Source of the DNA: a virus
Taxonomy: Duplodnaviria > Heunggongvirae > Uroviricota > Caudoviricetes
DNA length: 6,370 bases
Virus record (IMG/VR): IMGVR_UViG_2737471855_000014
Strand: one strand, 5' to 3'
This document shows positions 1-6,370 of this stretch, piece after piece. The stretch's first letter is position 1, and each line of letters starts with the position of its first letter. The translations under genes were made by a program, and so were the position numbers. The notes under the pieces were generated by a model. It ran no database searches, was not told the DNA's origin, and saw only the letters and a list, made by a program, of their open reading frames with translations.

Positions 1-1
1 T

Positions 2-157
2 GAGGGGATCTCTCAGTACTTTGTTGCAATGAGGGCAGATCAAAAGGGCACCTTTTTGTACTCTTGAAAAACTGTGTTCTGACTCTTGGGTGCAGTTTGG
101 GCAGGAACATTTAACGAGATAATTACGGCGTGATTTTGAGTTTTTACGTTCTGACAT
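2..157 (-). CDS. N-terminal part of a small Cys4 zinc-ribbon-like ORF, running off the left edge of the window
   Basis: Reverse-strand ATG at 157 (plus-strand CAT 155-157) preceded by AGGAA about 6 nt upstream. My hand translation is MSERKNSKSRRNYLVKCSCPNCTQESEHSFSRVQKGALLICPHCNKVLRDPL with no stop before the window edge. Two CxxC pairs about 18 residues apart form a zinc-ribbon pattern. Not in the supplied ORF track, presumably because it is incomplete. Confidence 0.3.
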   Translation of the reverse strand, partial: MSERKNSKSRRNYLVKCSCPNCTQESEHSFSRVQKGALLICPHCNKVLRDPL

Positions 158-376
158 AGGCTTTTCCTGTATAAATGGCCGTATACAGTACACTAAATAT
201 GAAAACATTTCTCGTATTATTATTTTATATATGACTTTCTTTCAAAATAATTACCCACATTTTTAATGTGTATGTTTTTTTAGCGCCGTTGAGAACAACG
301 TGTGCTGTCAAAACTACCCCGTAGACTCCGATCTTTTCAAACATATTGCACCATCCGTGTACATCGGGGTGAGGAT

Positions 377-592
377 ATGAAATCAATGGATAAGTTAACA
401 ACAGGTGTTGCCTATGGCACATCGGCGGGTAATGCTGGTTTCTGGGCATTGCAGTTACTCGATAAAGTAACTCCGTCACAGTGGGCTGCAATCGGTGTGC
501 TGGGTAGCCTGGTTTTTGGCCTGCTGACGTATCTGACAAATCTTTATTTCAAGATTAAAGAAGACAGGCGTAAGGCTGCGAGAGGAGAGTAA
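377..592 (+). CDS. essQ: class II holin (pinholin, phage 21 S21-like) with dual translational start
   Basis: ATG at 377 gives a 71-aa protein [71 protein letters not shown] with two predicted TMDs and a charged C-terminus. Met1-Lys-Ser-Met4 is the holin/antiholin dual-start arrangement. The track ORF 302..592 is the same frame extended upstream to a GTG. Symbol assigned from recollection of the Qin/DLP12 holins. Confidence 0.85.
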   Translation: MKSMDKLTTGVAYGTSAGNAGFWALQLLDKVTPSQWAAIGVLGSLVFGLLTYLTNLYFKIKEDRRKAARGE

Positions 593-596
593 TCCA

Positions 597-904
597 ATGA
601 CTCAAGACTATGAACTGGTTGTGAAAGGAGTCCGTAATTTTGAGAATAAAGTTACGGTAACTGTAGCCTTACAGGACAAAGAACGCTTTGACGGTGAAAT
701 TTTTGACCTGGATGTCGCCATGGACCGTGTTGAAGGAGCTGCGCTGGAGTTTTATGAGGCAGCAGCCAGAAGGAGCGTCCGGCAAGTCTTCCTGGAAGTA
801 GCAGAAAAATTGTCAGAAAAAGTTGAGTCTTATCTGCAGCATCAGTACTCCTTTAAGATTGAAAATCCTGCCAATAAGCACGAGCGTCCTCATCATAAAT
901 ATCT

Positions 905-908
<4 letters not shown>
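597..908 (+). CDS. ydfR: YdfR-like protein of unknown function (DUF1327-type), inserted between holin and endolysin
   Basis: 103-aa ORF. An AGAGGAGAG Shine-Dalgarno at 581-589 sits 7 nt before the ATG at 597, and the stop overlaps the endolysin start (ATGA at 905-908). Acidic, no TM segment. Matches my recollection of Qin ydfR (103 aa) between essQ and rrrQ. Confidence 0.8.
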
Positions 909-1932
<1,024 letters not shown>

Positions 1933-2182
1933 GGTAATATTAAATCGGAACATTTACATCGCGGAATGTAAAATTTAAATAAAAAGGACTCTTCCATGAG
2001 CCAAAATTCCTGAAATCTTAAGGGTAAGATAAAAGGTCTTAATCAGAATGACACGTTTTATTAATAAATAAAGCTATTCTTTCATTGCTGTGTTTTTCTT
2101 TACAAAAGTAATCCTTGCTATGGGTGGTTAATCATGCGTTAATGGTGTTCTGGTTTGTTACAAATTTATCTGAAGCAGTCAT

Positions 2183-2191
2183 TGTTATAAT
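2183..2191 (+). promoter_or_regulatory. candidate extended -10 promoter element (TGnTATAAT) upstream of cspI
   Basis: TGTTATAAT at 2183-2191, a perfect TATAAT with upstream TG, in an AT-rich leader. It would give a roughly 95-nt 5' UTR before cspI, in line with the long leaders of cold-shock genes. No good -35 hexamer at 17 bp spacing. Sequence pattern only. Confidence 0.3.
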
Positions 2192-2294
2192 TTTATTATT
2201 TGTACCTCTTGAGATTTCCTTGTTGGTTTTTCTCTCTGATATTTTTTTTCGGACCATTCTGCCCAAGGGCTAATTTCTTCAAAAGGTAATAATT

Positions 2295-2507
2295 ATGTCT
2301 AACAAAATGACTGGTTTAGTGAAATGGTTTAACCCTGAAAAAGGTTTTGGTTTCATCACGCCGAAAGATGGCAGCAAAGATGTGTTTGTCCATTTCTCAG
2401 CAATTCAGAGCAACGATTTCAAAACATTAACTGAGAATCAGGAAGTTGAATTTGGTATTGAGAACGGACCTAAAGGTCCTGCCGCTGTTCATGTAGTGGC
2501 GCTTTGA
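2295..2507 (+). CDS. cspI: cold-shock protein, CspA family (S1-like cold-shock domain)
   Basis: 70-aa [73 protein letters not shown] with RNP1 (KGFGFI) and RNP2 (VFVHF) motifs. AAGGTAA Shine-Dalgarno-like sequence upstream. Matches my recollection of Qin CspI. Confidence 0.9.
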   Translation: MSNKMTGLVKWFNPEKGFGFITPKDGSKDVFVHFSAIQSNDFKTLTENQEVEFGIENGPKGPAAVHVVAL

Positions 2508-2711
2508 GGTAGACAATATTACAAACCATATTCACTTTAGATGCCCGTGTTGTCATGGTTCCCAGTATAGAACATCATCTTTTGATGTTTCTGACATGAA
2601 TCCTTTCGGGGCAAAATGTATCTTTTGTAAATCAATGATGATTACATTTGATAATATTTCACAATACTTAAATGCCAGCCGTCTGTCGTTGGATTTAAAA
2701 AAGTGAAAATG

Positions 2712-2736
2712 AAGGCTCCTTCGGGAGCTTTTTTGC
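2712..2736 (+). terminator. rho-independent terminator (UUCG-tetraloop hairpin plus T-tract)
   Basis: GGCUCC (2714-2719), UUCG loop (2720-2723), GGAGC (2724-2728), extendable by A-U pairs at 2712/2713 with 2730/2731, then a T-run through 2734. Lies 6 nt after the stop of the Cys4 frame and about 200 nt after cspI. Confidence 0.5.
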
Positions 2737-2778
2737 TTGGTGTCTATTCGATGGATACTCACATACTACGGTAACATC

Positions 2779-3009
2779 ATGAAAAAAATCATAGTTTTTT
2801 TTAACTCTGAACCAGCAGTGGTAGTGCCAGCGATGACTGGAGTTAACACCATCATGCGTGAATATCCAAATGGCGAAAAAACACACCTTACTGTAATGGC
2901 CGCAGGGTTTCCATCTCTGACCGGAGATCATAAAGTCATTTATGTAGCCGCGGATCGACATGTTACTTCAGAAGAAATTCTGGAAGCAGCAATAAGGCTC
3001 TTGAGTTGA
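2779..3009 (+). CDS. hypothetical small protein (possibly the ynfN-equivalent; start uncertain)
   Basis: ATG at 2779 gives 76 aa (MKKIIVFFNSEPAVVVPAMTGVNTIMREYPNGEKTHLTVMAAGFPSLTGDHKVIYVAADRHVTSEEILEAAIRLLS). The track's 2737 start is a TTG. Internal ATGs at 2833 and 2854 would give 58 or 51 aa. No strong Shine-Dalgarno at any of them. The gene lies between cspI and gnsB, where K-12 Qin carries ynfN, but I cannot confirm the sequence. Confidence 0.45.
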   Translation: MKKIIVFFNSEPAVVVPAMTGVNTIMREYPNGEKTHLTVMAAGFPSLTGDHKVIYVAADRHVTSEEILEAAIRLLS

Positions 3010-3180
3010 TTTGATGCTATTGCATTGATAATTCAGGAAAATTCTCTTTGTCTGTTTGTGTAAAATTTAGACTATCGTATGTTGATTATTGCGATGTTTC
3101 ATCTTATCTTTTACACGTTTGCACCATATAATCGACTTACTGTGTAACTGGAAAGTCATAACAGACTAAAAGAGGAAATG

Positions 3181-3354
3181 ATGAATATTGAAAACTTAAA
3201 AACAAAAGCAGAAGCAGATATTTCTGAATATATAACAAAAAAAATTATTGAACTTAAGAAAAAGACCGGGAAAGAAGTTACCAGTATTCAGTTTACCGCA
3301 CGGGAAAAAATGACGGGTCTTGAAAGCTATGATGTCAAGATTAATTTAATCTGA
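3181..3354 (+). CDS. gnsB: GnsA/GnsB-family small protein
   Basis: 57-aa ORF MNIENLKTKAEADISEYITKKIIELKKKTGKEVTSIQFTAREKMTGLESYDVKINLI, found by hand and too short for the supplied track. AGAGGAA 4-5 nt before the ATG at 3181. A TATAAT hexamer at 3127-3132 may be its -10. Matches my recollection of GnsB. Confidence 0.85.
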   Translation: MNIENLKTKAEADISEYITKKIIELKKKTGKEVTSIQFTAREKMTGLESYDVKINLI

Positions 3355-3383
3355 TGTATTCAATAATAAAATTTATCCATAAA

Positions 3384-3406
3384 CCTCGTTTTTACGGGGT
3401 TTTGTT
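3384..3406 (+). terminator. candidate rho-independent terminator after gnsB
   Basis: CCUCG (3384-3388) pairs with CGGGG (3395-3399) including one G-U wobble, with a 6-nt loop, followed by TTTTGTT. Lies 30 nt after the gnsB stop. Confidence 0.4.
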
Positions 3407-3468
3407 ATATTTGAATGGTTCCGAATATCTAAATCACAATTGTTGATGGTTTTTATTAAACCAATGCA

Positions 3469-3497
3469 GTCCGGCTCAGGAGTGAGAGAAGCCGGAC
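3469..3497 (-). terminator. hairpin just 3' of ydfO; possible weak or bidirectional terminator
   Basis: Perfect 8-bp stem GTCCGGCT (3469-3476) with AGCCGGAC (3490-3497) around a 13-nt loop. It sits 8 nt beyond the ydfO stop and is convergent with gnsB. The U-tract is poor on both strands. Confidence 0.3.
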
Positions 3498-3505
3498 GTT
3501 ATGGT

Positions 3506-3916
3506 TTAGCGTGGTAAGATCTGTGTAGTTTTCTGGATGCTTTCAGTAAATAGTAATGAATTATCAAAGGTATAGTAATATTTTTTTTGTTCGTGGATAT
3601 TTGTAACCCACCGAAAAACTCCTGCTTTAGCAAGGTTTCTTCTGTATTCCTGAAATGTGATCTCTCTGGATTTCAGCTTATTAGAGGTCGTTTCTATAAG
3701 ATGCCTATCCTTTGAAAATTTGACAGACACAATGTTTTTTAGGCCCTTTAATAACACTGTATTATCATTTTTTAATACAATATGAACATTCTCTGTGGCT
3801 AAATAGTAAATGTAATGTGAGACATTGTGACGTTTTAGCTCAGAATAAAACCATTGATAGTTTAAATCGTTTCGAACTTTATCAAATATTTGTTTAAAAA
3901 TGACTACCTGATCCAT
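3506..3916 (-). CDS. ydfO: YdfO-like protein of unknown function (DUF1398 family)
   Basis: Track ORF 3506..3931, with the start set at the second Met (MDQVVIFKQ...) to give 136 aa. GGAAGG Shine-Dalgarno 7 nt upstream of that ATG. Visibly AT-rich codon usage. Matches my recollection of Qin YdfO (136 aa); lambda carries a homologue near its right end. Confidence 0.85.
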   Translation of the reverse strand: MDQVVIFKQIFDKVRNDLNYQWFYSELKRHNVSHYIYYLATENVHIVLKNDNTVLLKGLKNIVSVKFSKDRHLIETTSNKLKSREITFQEYRRNLAKAGVFRWVTNIHEQKKYYYTFDNSLLFTESIQKTTQILPR

Positions 3917-3973
3917 AGATAAACCTTCCATGTGATATGAGGGGGCGTAGTCTGCACGATTATCTAAATTGCT

Positions 3974-4207
3974 TCAATCTGGTCTGACCTGTTTTCTGAG
4001 CAATTCAGTAATGTCACTCTTTTCTTTGTTTGCTTCAGAAGAAACTCTTTTTTCTGAGCACAGTCTCCGGCGGCAGGCTTCAATGACCCAGGCTGAGAAA
4101 TTCCCGGACCCTTTTTGCTCAAGAGCGATGTTAATTTGTTCAATCATTTGGTTAGGAAAGCGGATGTTGCGGGTTGTTGTTCTGCGGGTTCTGTTCTTCG
4201 TTGACAT
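3974..4207 (-). CDS. ynfO: small ribbon-helix-helix (Arc/MetJ/CopG-like) putative DNA-binding protein
   Basis: 77-aa ORF. Arg/Thr-rich N-terminus, then an RHH-like core: beta-strand NIRFP, helix NQMIEQINIALEQ, Gly turn, helix NFSAWVIEACRRRL. Sits 57 bp upstream of ydfO on the same strand. The opposite-strand track ORF 3969..4235 is rejected. Confidence 0.7.
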   Translation of the reverse strand: MSTKNRTRRTTTRNIRFPNQMIEQINIALEQKGSGNFSAWVIEACRRRLCSEKRVSSEANKEKSDITELLRKQVRPD

Positions 4208-4374
4208 GAGGTTGCCCCGTATTCAGTGTCGCTGATTTGTATTGTCTGAAGTTGTTTTTACGTTAAGTTGATGCAGATCAATTAATACGATACCTGCGTC
4301 ATAATTGATTATTTGACGTGGTTTGATGGCCTCCACGCACGTTGTGATATGTAGATGATAATCATTATCACTTT

Positions 4375-4570
4375 ACGGGTCCTTTCCGGTGATCCGACAG
4401 GTTACGGGGCGGCGACCTCGCGGGTTTTCGCTATTTATGAAAATTTTCCGGTTTAAGGTGTTTCCGTTCTTCTTCGTCGTAACTTAATGTTTTTATTTAA
4501 AATACCCCCTGAAAAGAAAGGAAACGACAGGTGCTGAAAGCGGGCTTTTTGGCCTTTGTCGTTTCCTTTC
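4375..4570 (+). other. lambda-type cohesive end site (cosQ-cosN-cosB) in joined, prophage-form configuration
   Basis: 4371-4406 (...ACGGGTCCTTTCCGGTGATCCGACAGGTTACG) matches my recollection of the lambda right end. 4407-4418 GGGCGGCGACCT is the 12-nt cohesive-end sequence, followed by CGCGGGTTTTCGCTATTTATGAAAATTTTCCGG (lambda left end). cosB shows three (C)GTTTCC/GGAAACG Nu1-binding R elements near 4458-4466, 4519-4528 and 4557-4566, with an AT-rich IHF-type stretch at about 4474-4505. Confidence 0.85.
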
Positions 4571-4595
4571 TCTGTTTTTGTCCGTGGAATGAACA

Positions 4596-5141
4596 ATGGA
4601 AGTCAACAAAAAGCAGCTGGCTGACATTTTCGGTGCGAGTATCCGTACCATTCAGAACTGGCAGGAACAGGGAATGCCCGTTCTGCGAGGCGGTGGCAAG
4701 GGTAATGAGGTGCTTTATGATTCTGCCGCCGTCATAAAATGGTATGCCGAAAGGGATGCTGAAATTGAGAACGAAAAGCTGCGCCGGGAAGTTGAAGAAC
4801 TGCGGCAGGCCAGCGAGACAGATCTCCAGCCAGGGACTATTGAGTACGAACGCCATCGACTTACGCGTGCGCAGGCCGACGCACAGGAGCTGAAAAATGC
4901 CAGAGACTCCGCTGAAGTGGTGGAAACCGCATTCTGTACTTTCGTGCTGTCGCGGATCGCAGGTGAAATTGCCAGTATTCTCGACGGGATCCCCCTGTCG
5001 GTGCAGCGGCGTTTTCCGGAACTGGAAAACCGACATGTTGATTTCCTGAAACGGGATATCATCAAAGCCATGAACAAAGCAGCCGCGCTGGATGAACTGA
5101 TAACGGGGCGCACTTTGACGGTGACCAGAGCGGCACGGTGA
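4596..5141 (+). CDS. nohA: terminase small subunit (lambda Nu1-like) with a non-native C-terminal 12 residues
   Basis: 181-aa ORF starting MEVNKKQLADIFGASIRTIQNWQEQGMPVLRGGG, the Nu1 winged-HTH DNA-binding domain. Nu1-like through residue 169 (...AALDELI), then TGRTLTVTRAAR in place of lambda's PGLLSEYIEQSG. Directly downstream of cosB, as in lambda. Symbol is by position; the exact Qin paralogue is uncertain. Confidence 0.85.
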   Translation: MEVNKKQLADIFGASIRTIQNWQEQGMPVLRGGGKGNEVLYDSAAVIKWYAERDAEIENEKLRREVEELRQASETDLQPGTIEYERHRLTRAQADAQELKNARDSAEVVETAFCTFVLSRIAGEIASILDGIPLSVQRRFPELENRHVDFLKRDIIKAMNKAAALDELITGRTLTVTRAAR

Positions 5142-5401
5142 ATGGTGTCACGCCGCCAGCAGTTCAGCACCTGACCGCAGAAGTCACCGCAGACAGCGGG
5201 GAATACCAGGTGCTGGCGCGCTGGGACACGCCGAAGGTGGTGAAGGGGGTGAGCTTTATGCTTCGCCTGACCGTGGCAGCGGACGACGGCAGTGAGCGGT
5301 TGGTCAGCACGGCCCGGACGACGGAAACCACATATCGCTTCACGCAGCTGGCGCTGGGAAATTACAGGCTGACAGTCCGGGCGGTAAATGCATGGGGACA
5401 G
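5110..5401 (+). pseudogene. internal fragment of a J-like tail tip/host-specificity protein (gene remnant)
   Basis: Track frame 5138..5425 (GTG start) encodes [86 protein letters not shown]. By recollection this matches an internal region of lambda J (over 1100 aa). No credible start or Shine-Dalgarno. Bounded by junctions with Nu1 upstream and stf downstream. Confidence 0.65.
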
Positions 5402-5700
5402 CCGGTGCACATACCCATTCGATGACATTTGTTTCAGGTGGTTCCAGTGGTGCTCCGGGAAGTGGATCACCTGATTATTCTAAATACAGTGTTAACACTT
5501 CTTCTGCAGGCGCTCATACGCACTCTGTATCGGGTACTGCTGCAAGCGCAGGTGCACACGCACATACTGTCGGTATTGGTGCTCATACGCACTCCGTTGC
5601 GATTGGTTCACATGGACATACCATCACCGTTAACGCTGCTGGTAACGCGGAAAACACCGTCAAAAACATCGCATTTAACTATATTGTGAGGCTTGCGTAA
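5392..5700 (+). pseudogene. C-terminal fragment of a side tail fibre protein (Stf-like), possibly still translatable from a fortuitous ATG
   Basis: 102-aa frame with repeated G-A-H-T/A-H-S/T motifs and the conserved fibre C-terminus ...[24 protein letters not shown]. The N-terminal shaft portion of the fibre is absent. The stop overlaps the tfa start (TAATG at 5698-5702). Confidence 0.7.
5404..5622 (+). repeat. tandemly reiterated HxH tail-fibre repeat units (coding repeats)
   Basis: Five related 18-21-nt units encoding G-A-H-T-H-S-like peptides: GGTGCACATACCCATTCG (5404-5421), GCAGGCGCTCATACGCACTCT (5506-5526), GCAGGTGCACACGCACATACT (5548-5568), GGTGCTCATACGCACTCC (5578-5595) and GGTTCACATGGACATACC (5605-5622). 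Confidence 0.6.
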
Positions 5701-6275
5701 TGGCATTCAGAATGAGTGAACAACCACGGACCATAAAAATTTATAATCTGCTGGCCGGAACTAATGAATTTATTGGTGAAGGTGACGCATATATTCCGCC
5801 TCATACAGGTCTGCCAGCAAACAGTACCGATATTGCACCGCCAGATATTCCGGCAGGCTTCGTGGCTGTTTTCAACAGTGATGAGGCATCGTGGCATCTC
5901 GTTGAAGATCATCGGGGTAAAACGGTTTATGACGTGGCATCAGGGGACGCGTTATTTATTTCTGAACTCGGTCCGTTACCGGAAAATGTTACCTGGTTAT
6001 CGCCGGGAGGGGAATATCAGAAGTGGAACGGCACAGCCTGGGTGAAGGATACGGAAGCAGAAAAACTGTTCCGGATCCGGGAGGCGGAAGAAACAAAAAA
6101 CAGCCTGATGCAGATAGCCAGTGAGCATATAGCGCCGCTTCAGGATGCTGTGGATCTGGAGATCGCAACGGAGGAAGAAACCTTGTTGCTGGAAGCCTGG
6201 AAAAAGTATCGGGTGTTGCTGAACCGTGTTGATACATCAACTGCACCGGATATTGAATGGCCAGCACTGCCGTAG
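5700..6275 (+). CDS. tfaQ: tail fibre assembly protein (lambda Tfa-like chaperone)
   Basis: 191-aa [54 protein letters not shown]..., which closely matches my recollection of lambda Tfa along its length. The start overlaps the stop of the fibre fragment. Ends at TAG 6273-6275. Confidence 0.85.
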   Translation: MAFRMSEQPRTIKIYNLLAGTNEFIGEGDAYIPPHTGLPANSTDIAPPDIPAGFVAVFNSDEASWHLVEDHRGKTVYDVASGDALFISELGPLPENVTWLSPGGEYQKWNGTAWVKDTEAEKLFRIREAEETKNSLMQIASEHIAPLQDAVDLEIATEEETLLLEAWKKYRVLLNRVDTSTAPDIEWPALP

Positions 6276-6370
6276 GGTAAAACATATAAATTCTGTCCTT
6301 GACCCACGATATTCAGACAGTCGTTGTATCTTAAGTTGACGTTACCCGCAGACGTCGATATTCCCTTGGT

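Noticed and set aside
256-281. Possible tR'/6S-like terminator hairpin upstream of the holin (CACATT-TTT-AATGTG followed by a T-run).
   Set aside because: The stem is only 6 bp and entirely weak, and 4 nt separate it from the T-tract. I could not identify a pR'-like promoter or qut site, so the late promoter probably lies upstream of the window.
225-539. Track ORF on the - strand (104 aa) overlapping the holin gene.
   Set aside because: Antisense to a well-supported holin CDS, with no Shine-Dalgarno and no recognisable protein features. Treated as a chance open frame.
1950-1980. Short inverted repeat TTACAT-CGCGGA-ATGTAA just after the Rz stop, considered as an operator or terminator.
   Set aside because: Only 6 bp of AT-rich stem with no following U-tract. 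Such repeats are common by chance in AT-rich DNA.
2553-2961. Track ORFs on the - strand (2553..2762 and 2695..2961) between cspI and gnsB.
   Set aside because: They run antisense across the terminator hairpin and the + strand ORF 2779..3009, and have no Shine-Dalgarno or motif support.
3969-4235. Track ORF on the + strand (88 aa) overlapping ynfO.
   Set aside because: The opposite-strand 77-aa frame has a clear ribbon-helix-helix signature and fits the neighbouring ydfO orientation. The + frame has no recognisable features.
4497-5470. Track ORFs on the - strand (4497..5036, 4715..5470) and the short + frame 4531..4737 across cosB/Nu1/J-fragment.
   Set aside because: They overlap the Nu1 gene and cosB, which are strongly supported. 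Long antisense open frames are expected in this GC-richer lambda-derived DNA.
5429-6285. Track ORFs 5429..5689 (+), 5679..5912 (-), 5764..6045 (+), 5989..6285 (-) overlapping the fibre fragment and tfa.
   Set aside because: Alternative frames or antisense to the fibre C-terminus and Tfa, whose frames show clear phage-family similarity.
6276-6370. Looked for a Pin/Gin/Hin-type invertase crossover site or invertible tail-fibre segment downstream of tfa.
   Set aside because: tfa is complete and ends at a normal stop. I see no inverted-repeat pair in the remaining 95 bp, and any site would need sequence beyond the window.

Overview
This window reads as the late-region/cos junction of a defective lambdoid (phage 21/lambda-like) prophage, most like the E. 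coli Qin-type cryptic prophage; I did not find a convincing wholly new system. Left to right on the + strand: a P21-style lysis cassette (dual-start pinholin, an inserted ydfR-like ORF, SAR endolysin, Rz with embedded Rz1); an AT-rich cargo block (cspI, a small unknown ORF, gnsB, and on the - strand a ynfO/ydfO pair); an intact lambda-type cos site; a Nu1-like small terminase gene whose last 12 codons are replaced at a deletion junction; an out-of-frame J-like fragment; a side-tail-fibre C-terminal fragment with HxH repeats; and an intact tail-fibre assembly gene. The head and tail genes that lie between Nu1 and J in lambda are absent. No rRNA, tRNA, CRISPR array or IS element was recognised. 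The open questions are small ORFs of unknown function: the ydfR-like insert, the ynfO(RHH)-ydfO(DUF1398) pair, and two Cys4 zinc-ribbon-like frames. Gene symbols and lambda/P21 comparisons come from my recollection of E. coli K-12 Qin and phage sequences, not from any search.
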